This document shows, piece by piece, positions 15,350 through 28,052 of a stretch of DNA of 64,000 bases; position 1 is the stretch's first letter; each line of letters begins with the position of its first letter. The DNA is from the human T2T-CHM13v2.0 reference genome, Homo sapiens: NCBI RefSeq assembly GCF_009914755.1, contig NC_060940.1; one strand, given 5' to 3'. The notes under the pieces were generated by a model that saw only the letters and a list, made by a program, of their open reading frames with translations, searched no databases and was not told the DNA's origin. Both the position numbers and the translations under genes were made by a program.

Positions 15350-15775
15350 TGCAGCAGCCATGGAGGCTTGCTGTTCGGGTCTCCCTTGACAGAGAACTTG
15401 CCCCAGGGAGTGCACTTTGCGGACAGCCTCCAGCTGTCAATGTCTCCAGGGCAGCTTCCGGCCAATGACTGGGTGCAGCGATGGCACCAGGGCCCACGTT
15501 TTCTGGCCAGTGCAGGACTCCTCAATAGGTCATCTTTGCACCAGATTGTCCTGTTGGGCTGGTCAAGCTGTTCTCTGAGCCGCACTGCAGTCTGAGGCTC
15601 CTCCTACCTCATCTTCCTTCCTTCCCCCTCTCCTTTTCACAGATGTCAGACCTACACTGAAGTCTGACGGCTCTCCCTGCCCGCTTCTGCTCCCTCTCCC
15701 TTTATCTTTCACTGAATCTCTTGCACTTCTAACACCATCTCAGCATCTGCTTCTTGAAGGACCTGAACTGACACA
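15350..15775 (+). mobile_element. LTR16A/B-type ERVL solo LTR
   Basis: TGCAGCAGCCATGGAGG...GACAGCCTCCAGCTGTCA...GCCAATGACTG...GAACTGACACA matches the recalled LTR16 consensus. Confidence 0.82.
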
Positions 15776-16257
15776 AGAACCCAGCCCCGCTTTAACCTTG
15801 CTAACCCCTCCTGCCTCCCCCATCCATCCTGCCTGCATGAGCTCAGCCATACACTCTTTTATGTTACTTTATGGAGAACTCAAATGCTACATAGTCACTG
15901 AATACATTCCAAGCTAAGTGAAAAACAGACCTGGACGTTATCTCCAGTTTGGGATTGCTGTAAATACTACTACTCTCTTTCATTAATGTGGATAATTGAT
16001 CTTGTTATACAGTTTGATCACATTGGAGCGTTCTCAGGGAAAAGCTTGTACTTAAACCTCAGCAGCACTAGGTGATGCTGCTGTCCCACACAAAGGCTGC
16101 GGCCTGAGCTAGGCTTGGCCAGGGCCGTCCTGGGCTGGGGGTCCTGCCTTTCCTTGGCTGAGTAGGGCCTGCAGGTCTGCAATCCACTCCAGAATCTGAA
16201 AAAGTCATTTTTGTATTCATGATTCTGGACTCTAGTAAAGACTGTAAGTGTGTTAAA

Positions 16258-16285
16258 TCTCTCTCTCTCTCTCAGAGCTTACAGA

Positions 16286-16333
<48 letters not shown>

Positions 16334-16359
16334 GAGAGAGAGACAGACAGAGAGAGAGA
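16258..16359. repeat. Compound microsatellite (CT)n ... (TG)21 (GA)n
   Basis: (TG)21 at 16287-16328 flanked by CT and GA runs. Confidence 0.97.
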
Positions 16360-17239
16360 AGGAGCTTTCAAAAACTCTTGAACTGATTCAGAAACTAACC
16401 CTGGTTGCTCTAATTTCTGCAGGTGCCCCTGAGTCCACCTTACATGAATGCTCTTTTGGATCCACAGAACAACTGAAAGTTAAGCAACCCCTCCTCCTGC
16501 TCCCAGATATGGGAGAAAGATCAATACGAATGGTACCAACACCAAAGTCTTTATCTAGGATTCCTTCAAAGAGTTGGGTGTCTGGGCAACACTCATTTGT
16601 GTTAGACAAATGGAGTACAGGGTACGGGGGCTTCTTCTGTGCTTGGTGTCTTCTCTGTAGTACAGAACTGGCACTTCTCTGGCCAGGTTTTTTTCTTTAA
16701 CACTGCCATCTTTGACGCTGCCTCCCCCAACCTCTGACATGTGCAGTTAGCAATCAGTAAACATAACACCTGTCTTGTAAATCCTCATAGGCAAAGCTGC
16801 TGAGTGGGACTAAAAATCTAACCCTACCATTTCACTCACACTCCAAAGAGTGGTATCTGTTCTACATGCACGGCACTCCTGTTGTGGAGCAGCTGGGTAA
16901 GCACATTGGTTAATCTGAGTTGAAGAAGTTATTTTCTTACACATGGGATGACTATTTGGTTGCATAGAGAATACATTCATATTAATGGGACTGAATTCAT
17001 CCGTGCCTCCACTGGGGAATCTCCAGGACCACAACCATCAATCCACTCTTTAATATTGTCCAATCTCTCGTGCCATTCTGCACCAATAATGGTTAGGAAT
17101 TTCCCAGAAGACTCCTGGCCCAATGCCTTATAGAGAGACATTAGGAGTATGTCAGCAAGATAATTTTTGAAAGATAGCCCTAATATTGCTGATAGGCTCT
17201 ACAATCCAAGTGCAGTGTGACTTACATTTGCTTGATTAT

Positions 17240-17367
17240 AAGCATACAGATTCTCAGGTCTCTGCCCTGGAGACTCTGACTCAGTAGGTCTGAGGTCCCC
17301 TTGGGAACATGCATTTTAAACAAGCAGCCCAGTGACTCTAATGATCAAGCAAGTCCAGGAAACACTG
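17240..17367 (+). mobile_element. MER5A-like hAT-Charlie fragment
   Basis: ACAGATTCTCAGG...CTGACTCAGTAGGTCTGAGG...GCATTTTAAACAAGC...GAAACACTG. Confidence 0.7.
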
Positions 17368-18379
17368 CCCCTTTGTACAAAGTGGGTTCCAGCTACGAAC
17401 CAGAGTGTGAGTCCAATCAGACTCAGCAGAAGCCACAATGCAAAAGAAGATCATGGAGATTTTAATAGCTAGGGAAAAAACCATCTGTGAGTCATGGGAT
17501 GCCCTCACCAGGTAATTGGGCACCTATGGTCATTGCAGCCACCTGGAAGCTTCTGATAGAGAAAGCACTGGGGAATCTTTTATTAACATATTTAATGTGC
17601 TTGACTAAGGTAAAAAAGCATGAGAAGCCAGGAGGCCTTGATAGCAACCCTGCATCATGCATGGTCAAGAAATAATGCTTTCTTTCTCAGGAAAGGTTTA
17701 GTTTAACCTTTGGCTGTCTTTCTCCAGGGAGAAGCCAGCAGGCATATACACACTTAAATAGCAGTCTTCCTAAAAGGGCTGGGGGTACCCGGGGCTCCAT
17801 GGGCAGTGTCTGGGAGGAGTACAGAGAAAGCCACATGGAACTCTGTCATGGACAAGGTTATGGCTTCCTCGAGAGAGCAGTCTGCCACGTTATGTCCCCG
17901 GCTGCCCTCCTCCTCCACTGGGGTCAGCCTTGGAATCCCCAGGGACCCCAGAATATTGACCCACCCAGTGAGAGCTCCCTCCACCCCTTCTTTGTGGCTG
18001 AGGAGAGAGTGCAGCTCTTTCCCTGCTGAGGATTGACTAAGATAAAGTGCAGAACCTTAGCGAGAAGCTGAAATTGCAGCAGTGTGCCTCAGAGGGTCAA
18101 ATGGAGACTCTGATCTGCAGGTTTTTAGGGCCACTTCTGTCACTCTGCATCCAGTGCAACATCACATCTGCACACCAAACCACAGCAGCTAAGATTCCAA
18201 CTTGTCCCCTCCCTGACAAAGTTGGCCACCCCATGGGACATTTTTTGTTTAGTGGCAACAGCTGAGTGAAAACCCAGCATTCCCTTCTTGTTGGCAGATG
18301 AATCATTCTTCGTTGGGGGCACCTTTTTGTTTTCTATCCCTGAAAGAGTCTGGGGGTGGCTTTTCTTTTCTTTTTGCCT

Positions 18380-19300
18380 TTTTCATAAATAAATATTTTA
18401 ACTGGAAATTTCCAAGCGTATGACAGGCCTAGAATGTGAACTTGAATGTACTGTAATAGAAATCATCAGTTGCCATGGCGACGTGTTCCAAGAGCAGATC
18501 GCACCAAGTCACGTGAGCAGAGAGTGCTCAGTAATACTAACACATCATAGAGTGAGGCCACTTAACCTCAATCGCTTCCAGCTATTGTGCAGAATGCAAT
18601 TGAATTTATTCCTAATTTCTGCCAGTGCTAAGGAACAAAATTTCCCTGCAGATTTTAATCTTACTCAGGCAGCCCCAGCCAGTGCTCAGACACTGTTCAG
18701 CACCAATATTCAGGAGGGCTACTCACCCGCTTTACAGTTCTATTTTTTTATTCTTATTTTTAATAATAGCTTCCCTCTCCCTGCTGGATCCCGCACATCC
18801 CCCTGCCCTGGGGAGAGCTGCCCTCCTCCTTTCCGAATGGCTGCACGGTTTCTCTGGCTCTGTCTGCTAATGCAAGGAACATAGCTTTCATAGTAATACC
18901 AATTAAAAAATGACCGGCCTCCACTTTCAGTAGTAGTTTTTTCTCCCCCACCCCAAACCTGTGCTGAAATATAATTCCCAACAGCTTTGGGCTATACCTG
19001 GGGTTGACACAAGTAACAGCCCCATCATAATAAGGCAAACCCGTGGATCGGTGAATGATGGAATCACAGTGTGTATTTTCAGTCCCTGTCACAGTCACAT
19101 CCCCCCACCCCCACCCACCCCAACCAGGAGAGCAACACAGACTACCAGGAGGTACGGCCACCGATCACAGAACACTCATTTCAAGAGCTTATCAGCTTCT
19201 ATGAAGGCTGATAAATCAGAACCTCTCATATGGACAGTCTCAAGTTAGCAGCGTCATCGATCTCCCCTGCCCCTTTTAAGTGATCTGTCTTATTCACTTC
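18380..19300. promoter_or_regulatory. Candidate enhancer with kB-like palindrome, RFX X-box and CACGTG E-box
   Basis: TGGAAATTTCCA 18403-18414; GTTGCCATGGCGAC 18469-18482; GTCACGTGAG 18508-18517; repeat-free with retained CpGs. Confidence 0.5.
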
Positions 19301-19660
19301 CAAAGATGATATCAGAGATGCCAAATGAGGCTTTGTTTTCTGTGCTCTTGCGCTGCCTAGGGTGAGTGGCTGTGCTGTTGCAGGGAACTAGGAAGCATGC
19401 TTCCCGGGCTTAGCCCTTTGTTTCCAACCCAAGGTCACCTCTCCCCTGTCGGTTCAGGTGTTGTCAGCAGTCCGCCTGTGTTCTGAGGCAGGGGGAGCAT
19501 CTTCCGTGGCTGACAGCCTTTGCATGGCCCTAGCCTTTCAGTGACCTCCCCGCTTTATGAATGTCACTTTTAAGAAGACCTGCTTGAAGAGCTAAGTGAA
19601 GACAATGCAGAGCCCAGTCCTCAGAAAGTCTATGTTGAACGTCATGCAAAAGGAACATTA

Positions 19661-20086
<426 letters not shown>

Positions 20087-20989
20087 TTACTCAGCTAGTT
20101 CCAAGCCATTGTTCTAATGCTGCACTGGAATAGGAAACATGGAGAGAAGTCAAGAAGAGAGGGAATGGCAGCGTGGAATTAGGATGGGGCTGCTGGTTGT
20201 CAGAGCTGACTCTACATAGAGAGCTTAGTAACTATGGAAATCTTCATGGAGCCTGTGAGTGAAAAGCAGCCCGAGAGGAAATGAAGGGAAGCGATGCAGT
20301 GAATTTTATATCAGCAGTTTGAGTGTGACATTTGGATCTGGAGGGAGAAAACTACATGGCAAGCTGTTGGTAGCACACAAGGCTCTGTGCCCGCCCTGCT
20401 GGGATGGAGCCTCTGAGGGGCCTTTGCCAAACAGGCTCACTCCACTGTCACTTGTCCACAGAGCAGAGGAGCAGGGTGACCTCAGGTAGAGCCAGTCCTC
20501 TGACTCCTATCAGGGACTTCAACCCAGCGCAAGCTCCCTCTGGCTAGGATGGGGGAAGTACTATCCTTTAACTGGCAGAGTAAACTGTCCAGCTGTTCAT
20601 GAAACAGATTATATTTTCTAATCAAAATTGGTTTGATTTATACTAGAGCAGAATTTCCACACTTACTAGTCTAAAATACTTGCTGATCTTCTTACCAGAG
20701 CTGTTTAGGCAATTAGTGCCCTGGAAGGTTCTGGGAGGACATCTAATCTGCAGTGAAGCAATGGCCCTGTAGACAGTGTGGCCTTCTGGAACATTCCCGC
20801 ACACAGAGGTACATTTCTGGAGACCAGTGAGCCTCATAGCCTCCTACAGAGGAAAGATGGTGAGAGAATGTCAGGAAAAAGCAGAAGCATTTTATTCCTG
20901 ATGAATTGCATTAAAGGGAAGGACAATCTGTGCTATTATGCTAATATCTGCAATAGCAATTTTATTATGTTCGTTAATCTATAGTCAAG

Positions 20990-21190
20990 GAATAACATTA
21001 TTACAATTCTTACAGCTTTTCAAAGTACTTTCATAACTATTACCTTATTTCAACTGCATGGCAACCCTGTGATGTAGGTGGGTGCATTTTAAAGATGAGA
21101 AAATTTGGATCTAGAAAGGTTGGGGCTAGAATAGAATCACACAGAGTAAGGACAGGATCTAGATCTTAGGACACCTGGTCCAGTGCTGCC
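20990..21190 (-). mobile_element. MIR-family SINE, degenerate
   Basis: CAACCCTGTGATGTAGG...CATTTTAAAGATGAGAAAA...ATCACACAG. Confidence 0.6.
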
Positions 21191-22159
21191 AGGGGAGAAA
21201 GGGAGTTGCCTGCTGTGTATGCTGCTGGTGACATCCATAGGGACCTGGCCGTGGGGGGTCCCTGGGTGCTTTAGCCTGGTTATGACTCTCTGCCTGGACA
21301 ACTGTCCACTTAATGTTTCCCCATTTATTGTTTCGCAGCCTGAATAACTCCTTGTTCCCACACCACCTATAGGACAGATTTGCAGAGCTCTCAAGACTGG
21401 TGCAGATGCATAATGTGTGACCACACCATTGCTTTCCCAGCTCTTCCCCCCTCCCCCAGCAATACTTTAACAGTGACCTGGAGGGGTCTGATGGGAAAGC
21501 TAAAATTTGGTTCTATGTCCTTGGTTCTCAGGCTTTCCTTTGAAAGGGTGATGAGATACTAATTTGAGTTCATAATTTTATGCTGAACAATTATCCTCAG
21601 AATAATGCATTTTGGATTTAAATTTCAATTGGAGTTTGAGAGGTGCAAAAGTTACAGGAACTATGTCCACATTTTCATCATACATTTTCCTCATTCCCAA
21701 CAGTTACTATATCTCCAGTACTTCCCACATTACATCTTGTTTTCAATTCAGTTAAAATCCTGTATGCCTCCTCTGAATATCATAGTTAGAAACAAACAGA
21801 GATGCTCAGAGTAATTCTCCAGAATACGATGGGGAACACTTTCCCAGGTTACAGAAGGGCCTGGCTCCAAAACAAATAACAAAGAACTCCAGCAAAGCTG
21901 CCAATCACAATCCTTTAACATTGAAGCAGATCAAGGCATTGCAGTGCATTTCCCGCTTATATTCAATCACAACATTTACCTTTCCCTCTGGGCCCATTTC
22001 CATCCCAGAAAAGGGCTAATATTGATTAATTACCCACTATACGGTTAAACACCTTTCTTTATATACATTACCTTGATTTATTAAAAAATACTTTCAAAGC
22101 TCATTATTGAAGTCAGATATAAATGAAAAGATCAGATATATTGAAAGACAACAAATTCC

Positions 22160-22450
22160 ACGAGGCCTTCACCAAGACCACTTCCTCCTCCAGGAAGGCC
22201 TCCCAGATCCTTCTCATTTTCCTCCACCAAACTGAAGTAACTGTCCCATCCTGGAATTTTCACATTACTTTATTTCACTTGCTACCTTGTAATAGAGTTA
22301 TTTATTCATGTCCTATCATCATATTAGAGAGAAATTACTTTTATTCATCTCCCTGTGGACACCATGACTAGCATGGTTCATTGTATATCTTGTACACAAA
22401 AGGTGCTGAGTAGAAACCCTTGAATGAATGAATCAGTGAGTGAATGAGTC
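22160..22450 (+). mobile_element. L2 3' end
   Basis: TCCTCCAGGAAGGCCTCCCAGA... ending in a (TGAA)n tail. Confidence 0.6.
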
Positions 22451-22632
22451 GACTTGGGACTGGAGCTGGATCTTAAAGGACAGGTGGGTTTAGACACTCC
22501 TCAGTGTCTGAAGAACTGCAAGAGTCAGCAGGGTTGATTCACTTCTCAGTCACAGTAGACTCTAGATTAGTCACTATCACCTATAAATCATTCCAGCTGG
22601 CATCCTTCATGGACTCTTCACTGATGTATCTC

Positions 22633-22773
22633 TTTTTAAAATTTTATTTTATTTTTAGAGATGGGATCTTGCTATGTTGCCCAGGCTGGTCGTGAACTCC
22701 TGGGCTCAAGCCATCCTTCCTCCTTGGCCTCCCAAAGTGCTGGGATTACAGGCGTGAGCCACTGAGCCTGGCC
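22633..22773 (-). mobile_element. FLAM_C / Alu left monomer
   Basis: Single antisense monomer AGAGATGGGATCTTGCTATGTTGCCCAGGCTGG...GAGCCTGGCC. Confidence 0.9.
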
Positions 22774-23679
22774 CTGACGTTTTTCTCTAACCATACTAAG
22801 AATTGAGCAATTTTCCTCCCTAGGTCCCACCCCGACACTGGTTAGACTAGTTTGCCTGTAGTGTGGTCTCTGCTGACATCAACACTTCATTGGGATAGGA
22901 AGTTGGCACATTATTGCAGAGTTCCCATTATTGCCCCGTAGGAGGCTGTCACTTCCCCAAACTGCACTAGCTCTGGTGCCAATCTCTCACTCACGCATCC
23001 TCCTCCTGACTGCTGGGAGCACACAGGCATGCTGCATGTCACCTGCTCCTCGGGCTTTTGACAATCTCCTTCCTTAGTTTCCAAATCCTAAGCAAATTGC
23101 TCGGTTGACAATCAAAGCCTACTAACATCAAACAGCTGCTATAGACAGGTGTGTTCTACAGTTACCTGCTGTTTGCTTTCCTCAGCAGGGACTGATATGA
23201 CAAACAAAACCAAGAGCTGGGTGCCGACGTTCAGAGTCACTCCTGCAAGCTCAACCTAGTGTCTGTTTCTTTGGCTTCCCTGGTATTTTTCAGACTTGGA
23301 AATTCACCCTACCTGTGGCCTCCCTCAGTCCTACAGTGTGTGGCTGGCTAGGGTGTTGTAAAACCCTGCTGATTCTTGCAGTTCTTTGCAAAAAGCTAGG
23401 AATCACAGTGGCTGCATTGAAACAAAGAGGTTGCCCAGTTCTGGAATCTTTGGTTTATAAATGGCACCCAGTCTCCTTCAAATATTTTCCACTTTTCTTT
23501 CTTGTTAGTGCACTTATATGAGTGCTGTCTCCTGATTTCTGCTTTTAGCAGAAAATATCTCAGGTTCTCACCTTTGAAAGTTGCTCTAAACACCCTGGAG
23601 CATGTCTGGTCACTTAATCCCCCACCACTGGTGGGTAAGAGGGTGTGGTAGGTTGGAGGTGAAATGGATTTCCAACTTT

Positions 23680-24146
23680 CCAATGTTCCTTCCTATACTT
23701 TGGAGTCTGGAAAACTAGCAACCATTGTTTTCCACGTTCTTTTCTATTTTTCAGATGCGTTTGTCCCTGGGTCTCTGGATGTGATTTAAGTTCTGCCAGT
23801 CAGACGTGCCCAGATGAAATGTGGAAGGGGAAGTGAGTCAGAGCTCATGTTTTCTGGGGCTGCTGTTTCTCCGGCAGCACCATCATGGTTGTGTCAGGGT
23901 TTTCTGTGGCAAGTACGGATGGTGGCCACTTGCTAATTATATCACTTCCTGATCTTGGTGGCTTCCTGATCACCAACGAGGCAGCAGTTTCCTTGGTGCC
24001 CTGGTGTTCAAGCCACTCCTGAAAGCTCAATCTAGTGTCTGTTTCTTCAGCTCTCCTGGTAATTTTGTAAGTCATTTAATACCCTTCTTTCACTTGCTAG
24101 AGTGAATTCCCTATGACTTCCTTACGACTGACCCTTAATCAAAACA
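23680..24146 (+). mobile_element. LTR50-like ERVL LTR, degenerate
   Basis: CCTGAAAGCTCAATCTAGTGTCTGTTTCTTCAGC...GCTAGAGTGAATTC resembles the LTR50-family 3' end. Confidence 0.55.
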
Positions 24147-24486
24147 GAGGGCAATTGGGCTAGGACATTAATCCCCCACTGCTGAGCAGGGTGCACTGAG
24201 GTAATCAGTCAGTCAGCAGGGGTCCTACCTCAGCCTCAGGCTGGATGTTCCCAGGGAGGAGAGCCACCATTCTGCCAGGGAGGACCCTGTCTGCCTCTGT
24301 GCCACGCTCATGTCCTTCCCGCTGCTTGGGATAGTTTTTCTTCCACGTCTACGTTTCTCCTTTGAAAGCTACTCCTTTTCCCAAGCTGGAAGCAGATTTT
24401 TCTTGTCTGAACTCTGTGAGCACTCAGCATACTTCTCTTATGGTGAAATGATCACTTTCTTCTTGTGTTATTGTTACTCATGCACA

Positions 24487-24799
24487 TTTTTTTTTTTTTT
24501 TTGAGACAGGGTCTTGCTCTGTTGCCCAGGCTGGAGTGCAGTGGCAGGATCTTGGCTCACTGCGGCCTCAACATCGTGGGCTCAAGTGATTCCTCTGCCT
24601 CAGCCTTTTGAGCTGCTGGGAATACTTTTACTTTATTTTTAGAGATGGGGCGTGCACCACCGCACGTTGCTAGTTTTTTGTGGAGATAGGGTTTTACTAT
24701 GTTGCCCAGACTGGTCTCAAAACTCCTGGGCTCGAGCAATCTGCCTGCGTTGGCCTCCCAAAGTGCTGGGATTACAGGCGTGAGCCACCACACCTGGCC
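24487..24799 (-). mobile_element. AluJ SINE with internal rearrangement
   Basis: Antisense AluJ; TSD about TGCACATTT; extra linker-like segment at 24626-24649. Confidence 0.93.
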
Positions 24800-25078
24800 A
24801 TTGTGCACATTTATCCCCTGAACCAAATGGGCAGTCCTTTAAGAGCAGGAGCACAGTCTGGATCATTTTGGCAGGTCCTGAGTATGTCAACCCTGGTGTG
24901 CCTTGTGTATTCAGGTACACGATGACATTCCTGAACGAATGAATGAGCAGAGGGAAGGATGTACAGGTAGCTGTGCTCCCTGGCTAGTACTTGATATACC
25001 ATTTTTTATTTTCCTCCACGTGGATTTTGGGGGCCCTTCAAAGAACTCATGCCAGTTTAAATGATGGCACTGGAGTAC

Positions 25079-25277
25079 CAGCACCACCCAACAAAACTTT
25101 CTGTGATGATGAAGATGTTCTATCTGTCCAGTGAGGTAGCCCTAGCCACGGGTGACTATTGAGCATTTGAAATGTGGCTAGTGTGACTGAGGAATGGAAT
25201 TTTAAATTTTATTTAATTTGAATTAATTTAAATCCAAGCAGCCACTGTGGTTACTGGCTGCCATATTGGAGAGTGCG
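25079..25277 (+). mobile_element. MER3 (hAT-Charlie)
   Basis: AACTTTCTGTGATGATGAAGATGTTCTAT...TTGAAATGTGGCTAGTGTGACTGAGGAA...CCATATTGGA. Confidence 0.88.
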
Positions 25278-26455
25278 CCATCAAATCACATCCTAGCCTG
25301 GTGGGCACACAGGCCCTATGTACTAACTACTCATTCTGCCATGGACAGGATGACAGGCCAGGACACTCTGGATGCCATCCTCAGTGTGTCTAGGCTGTGA
25401 CTCTGACTTTCTGGGCCAGGACCAGGGCCTTACAGTGCAGGAGAAAGACAGAGATGTGGAAGCTTCATGGAGAGGCTTTAAAAACAGGTGAGTAGCTCTC
25501 AAATACTCTTTTCCCTAATTTCTAAAAGCGATCTGCCTGCTTCTTGCACTCCAAAGCGCTGAAGCGTTGGTGTGGTGCTGTGGCAGCAAGAGGCAGCACG
25601 TCGCTAGAAGGGCGGTTGGCCTTGTGTTGAGCAGCCTCCTGCTACCGATTTTCCCTGAATGGACAGCTCCTTTTGGAGAGCATAATAAGTTTCTCATGAG
25701 GACATTTGTCCCGCTCTGTGGCATCTCCTACAGTAACCACGTGTGTGTCCAATTGCAGCTGGACAGCAAGAATGCAAACAACCCCTGTGAGCATCCTGGA
25801 TTGCTGTGGGTAGGGTGACCCCAACACATCCCAGGCCTGGCCACTTTGCTAGCTCTCCATACACATACAAAAGGGTATGATGCCAGGACAGAACTAGGAT
25901 AATGATGCAAAGACAGAGCATGGCACACACACTTAGTGCACATACATGGTCACCTGGCTGCAGAGTGGCCTCCTTTCATGAGGTTCCTAGAGCACACATG
26001 CAGGGCCCTTTTGTTTATAGTCGTCTCTTCCATAGAGTTCTTGGAGATCATCAACCACACTTTGGTCCACTCTGCTGCACACTCATATTTTTATCCACAG
26101 AATTCAGCCCTGCCCATCACCCTTGATGCCCTTGGCATAACCTAAGCAGGTACGTTCTAGAAGCATCTAGATGGAGGCTCTGAGGGCCTCCATCTCTTCC
26201 TGTTCTACTGCTCTAGGGTCACCGTCTATGAAAGTGGAAGCTCCAAAGACAACAAACACACACACACAGAGCCAGAAAGAAACCTCACTGCTTTGTTTTG
26301 CTCCACTTAGGGCCCACTGAGAATGAATGAATGTCCTGACTAGATAATAGCTTGCTATTGGGAAATGGGCCAGGGGTCTGGGGAAGTGAGTGAGAGTGAC
26401 TTGGGAAGGTCTGGCAGAGACAGGACAGAAGCAGAGGCATGAGTTAAAATGTACA

Positions 26456-26596
26456 GGTAGATCTGGGCTCACATTCTAGCTGTGAGCCTTGGGCAAATTT
26501 CTTGGTCTCTTTGAGCCTCTGTTTCATTTTATGGGTTGGTGAGAAGTTGAAATGAGATCATGCCTGTGACAGTCCTCATAGAATGTCTGACAATAG
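26456..26596 (+). mobile_element. MIR fragment
   Basis: CTAGCTGTGAGCCTTGGGCAAATTTC...GAGCCTCTGTTTC. Confidence 0.65.
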
Positions 26597-26834
26597 AATG
26601 AAAGGCACCTTCTGGTCAGGAGCCTCTGTGACCTGCACCTCTTTACAACTTTTGTAGGTGAGCCAAGATTTGGAGGAACCACTGGGATGCTCACTCGTGG
26701 CCATGACATCAGCATTCCAGGAGGGCAGCTCCACAGATAAGTCACTCCTGATACTGCTGGCAGCTCACCATCAGGAACAATGCACTGAAATGCATACGGC
26801 CTTTGTAATGCGCATTTACATTGATCTAACCACT

Positions 26835-27010
26835 TTCTGGGAAACTCACAACAGTCCATGGGTGTGATTATTGTTATTTCCATATTGCAGATGATGGAGC
26901 TAAGGCCCCAGGAGGTTAACTGACTTGCCCAAGGCCATATTGCCTGTATGTGATATAGCTGGGATTCAAATCCAGGTAGTTTGGTTTGAGAGTCCACACT
27001 GTTAATCATC
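26835..27010 (-). mobile_element. MIR SINE
   Basis: CAGATGATGGAGCTAAGGCCCCAGGAGGTTAACTGACTTGCCCAAGGCCA...GGGATTCAAATCCAGG. Confidence 0.8.
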
Positions 27011-27329
27011 GCTTCCCGGCGCACTGCTTTTAGCTGAACTCAACGTGCCAACGATTACCGTAGCTAAAAGTAACAATAGCAAAGGAGGCTAGGAAATGCT
27101 TACCTCCCTAAAAGTTTTATAGTGAACTTCATGTGAATCATGTTATCACCCAGACTGCACGTGATCTCAACATTTTAAAAATATGCCTGTAGAAAGGGGA
27201 TTTTAAATTGGAAAAGATGAGTCCTTCCCATTACTTTATGTTTCAGAGTTGGAAGGAATACAAGCTTTCTGAGGAAGGCAGCGCTGTGGCTCCAATGGCC
27301 TGGAGCTCCATTTTGTCTCGGTAGCCACC

Positions 27330-27960
27330 CTGGAATGGTGGGTCAGATGGTAGAGAGGCTTAGAGGCTCAGTAAAGAAGTTTGGGCTTGGCACTGAGTCC
27401 CTGGAGATTTTCAAGTGGAGACAGATGGGATGAACTAATGTTCTGCTACAATCAGGCTGACAGTGCAGAGTGCAGGGTGAAGGGAGATGGAAGATGGAGA
27501 GGCCAATGAGAAGGCTGCTGCACATGAGGAGGAGGCTGGGCTAGGATTGAAGGAGAGGGAATGAAAAGATGGTGATGGCCTCAGAAATGAAAGGAAAAGC
27601 CACAGGGCTTGTGATTAATTGGATCCTGGGGTGGGAGAAGCAGACATGGAGGTTTTCAGCCAGAAGCAAGAGAATCAAGAAGAAAAAGGGATGGTTTTGA
27701 GAGAAACAATATTCAGACCCACTGAATTTTAGGAGAGATAGGGGCACTAAGTTGCAAGGCTAATAGGTAGTAGGAGATCTTGTGCTGGGACACAGAGAAT
27801 AACTCAAGCTTGTGGTTTAGTAGAGAAATGGAAATTGCAGCATTGAGAATTAGAGGAGGTTGTGAGAGGAGGGCTGAGAACTAAGAGGTAACTCCAGCAT
27901 CAACAAGGGTGAAGGTGGAGAGCCTCTCATAGAGCCTGGCAGGAAAACCACTGGTGACAT
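27330..27960 (-). mobile_element. L2 remnant
   Basis: Purine-rich antisense L2 ORF2 sequence (GAAGGCTGCTGCA...GGCTGGGCTAGG). Confidence 0.55.
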
Positions 27961-27965
27961 TTGAG

Positions 27966-28005
27966 AGTACAGTCCAGGTTCCCCAGAGAAAGAGAACCAG
28001 TAGGG

Positions 28006-28052
<47 letters not shown>

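Noticed and set aside
18696-18704. REST/NRSE site (TTCAGCACC)
   Set aside because: Only the left half is present, with no GGACAG right half at canonical spacing.
18420-18884. 154-aa ATG-initiated ORF in unique sequence
   Set aside because: No recognisable domain or exon structure; the region is better explained as a motif-rich regulatory element.
26524-27024. Longest ORF (166 aa)
   Set aside because: Both ends lie in MIR elements and it has a non-ATG start.
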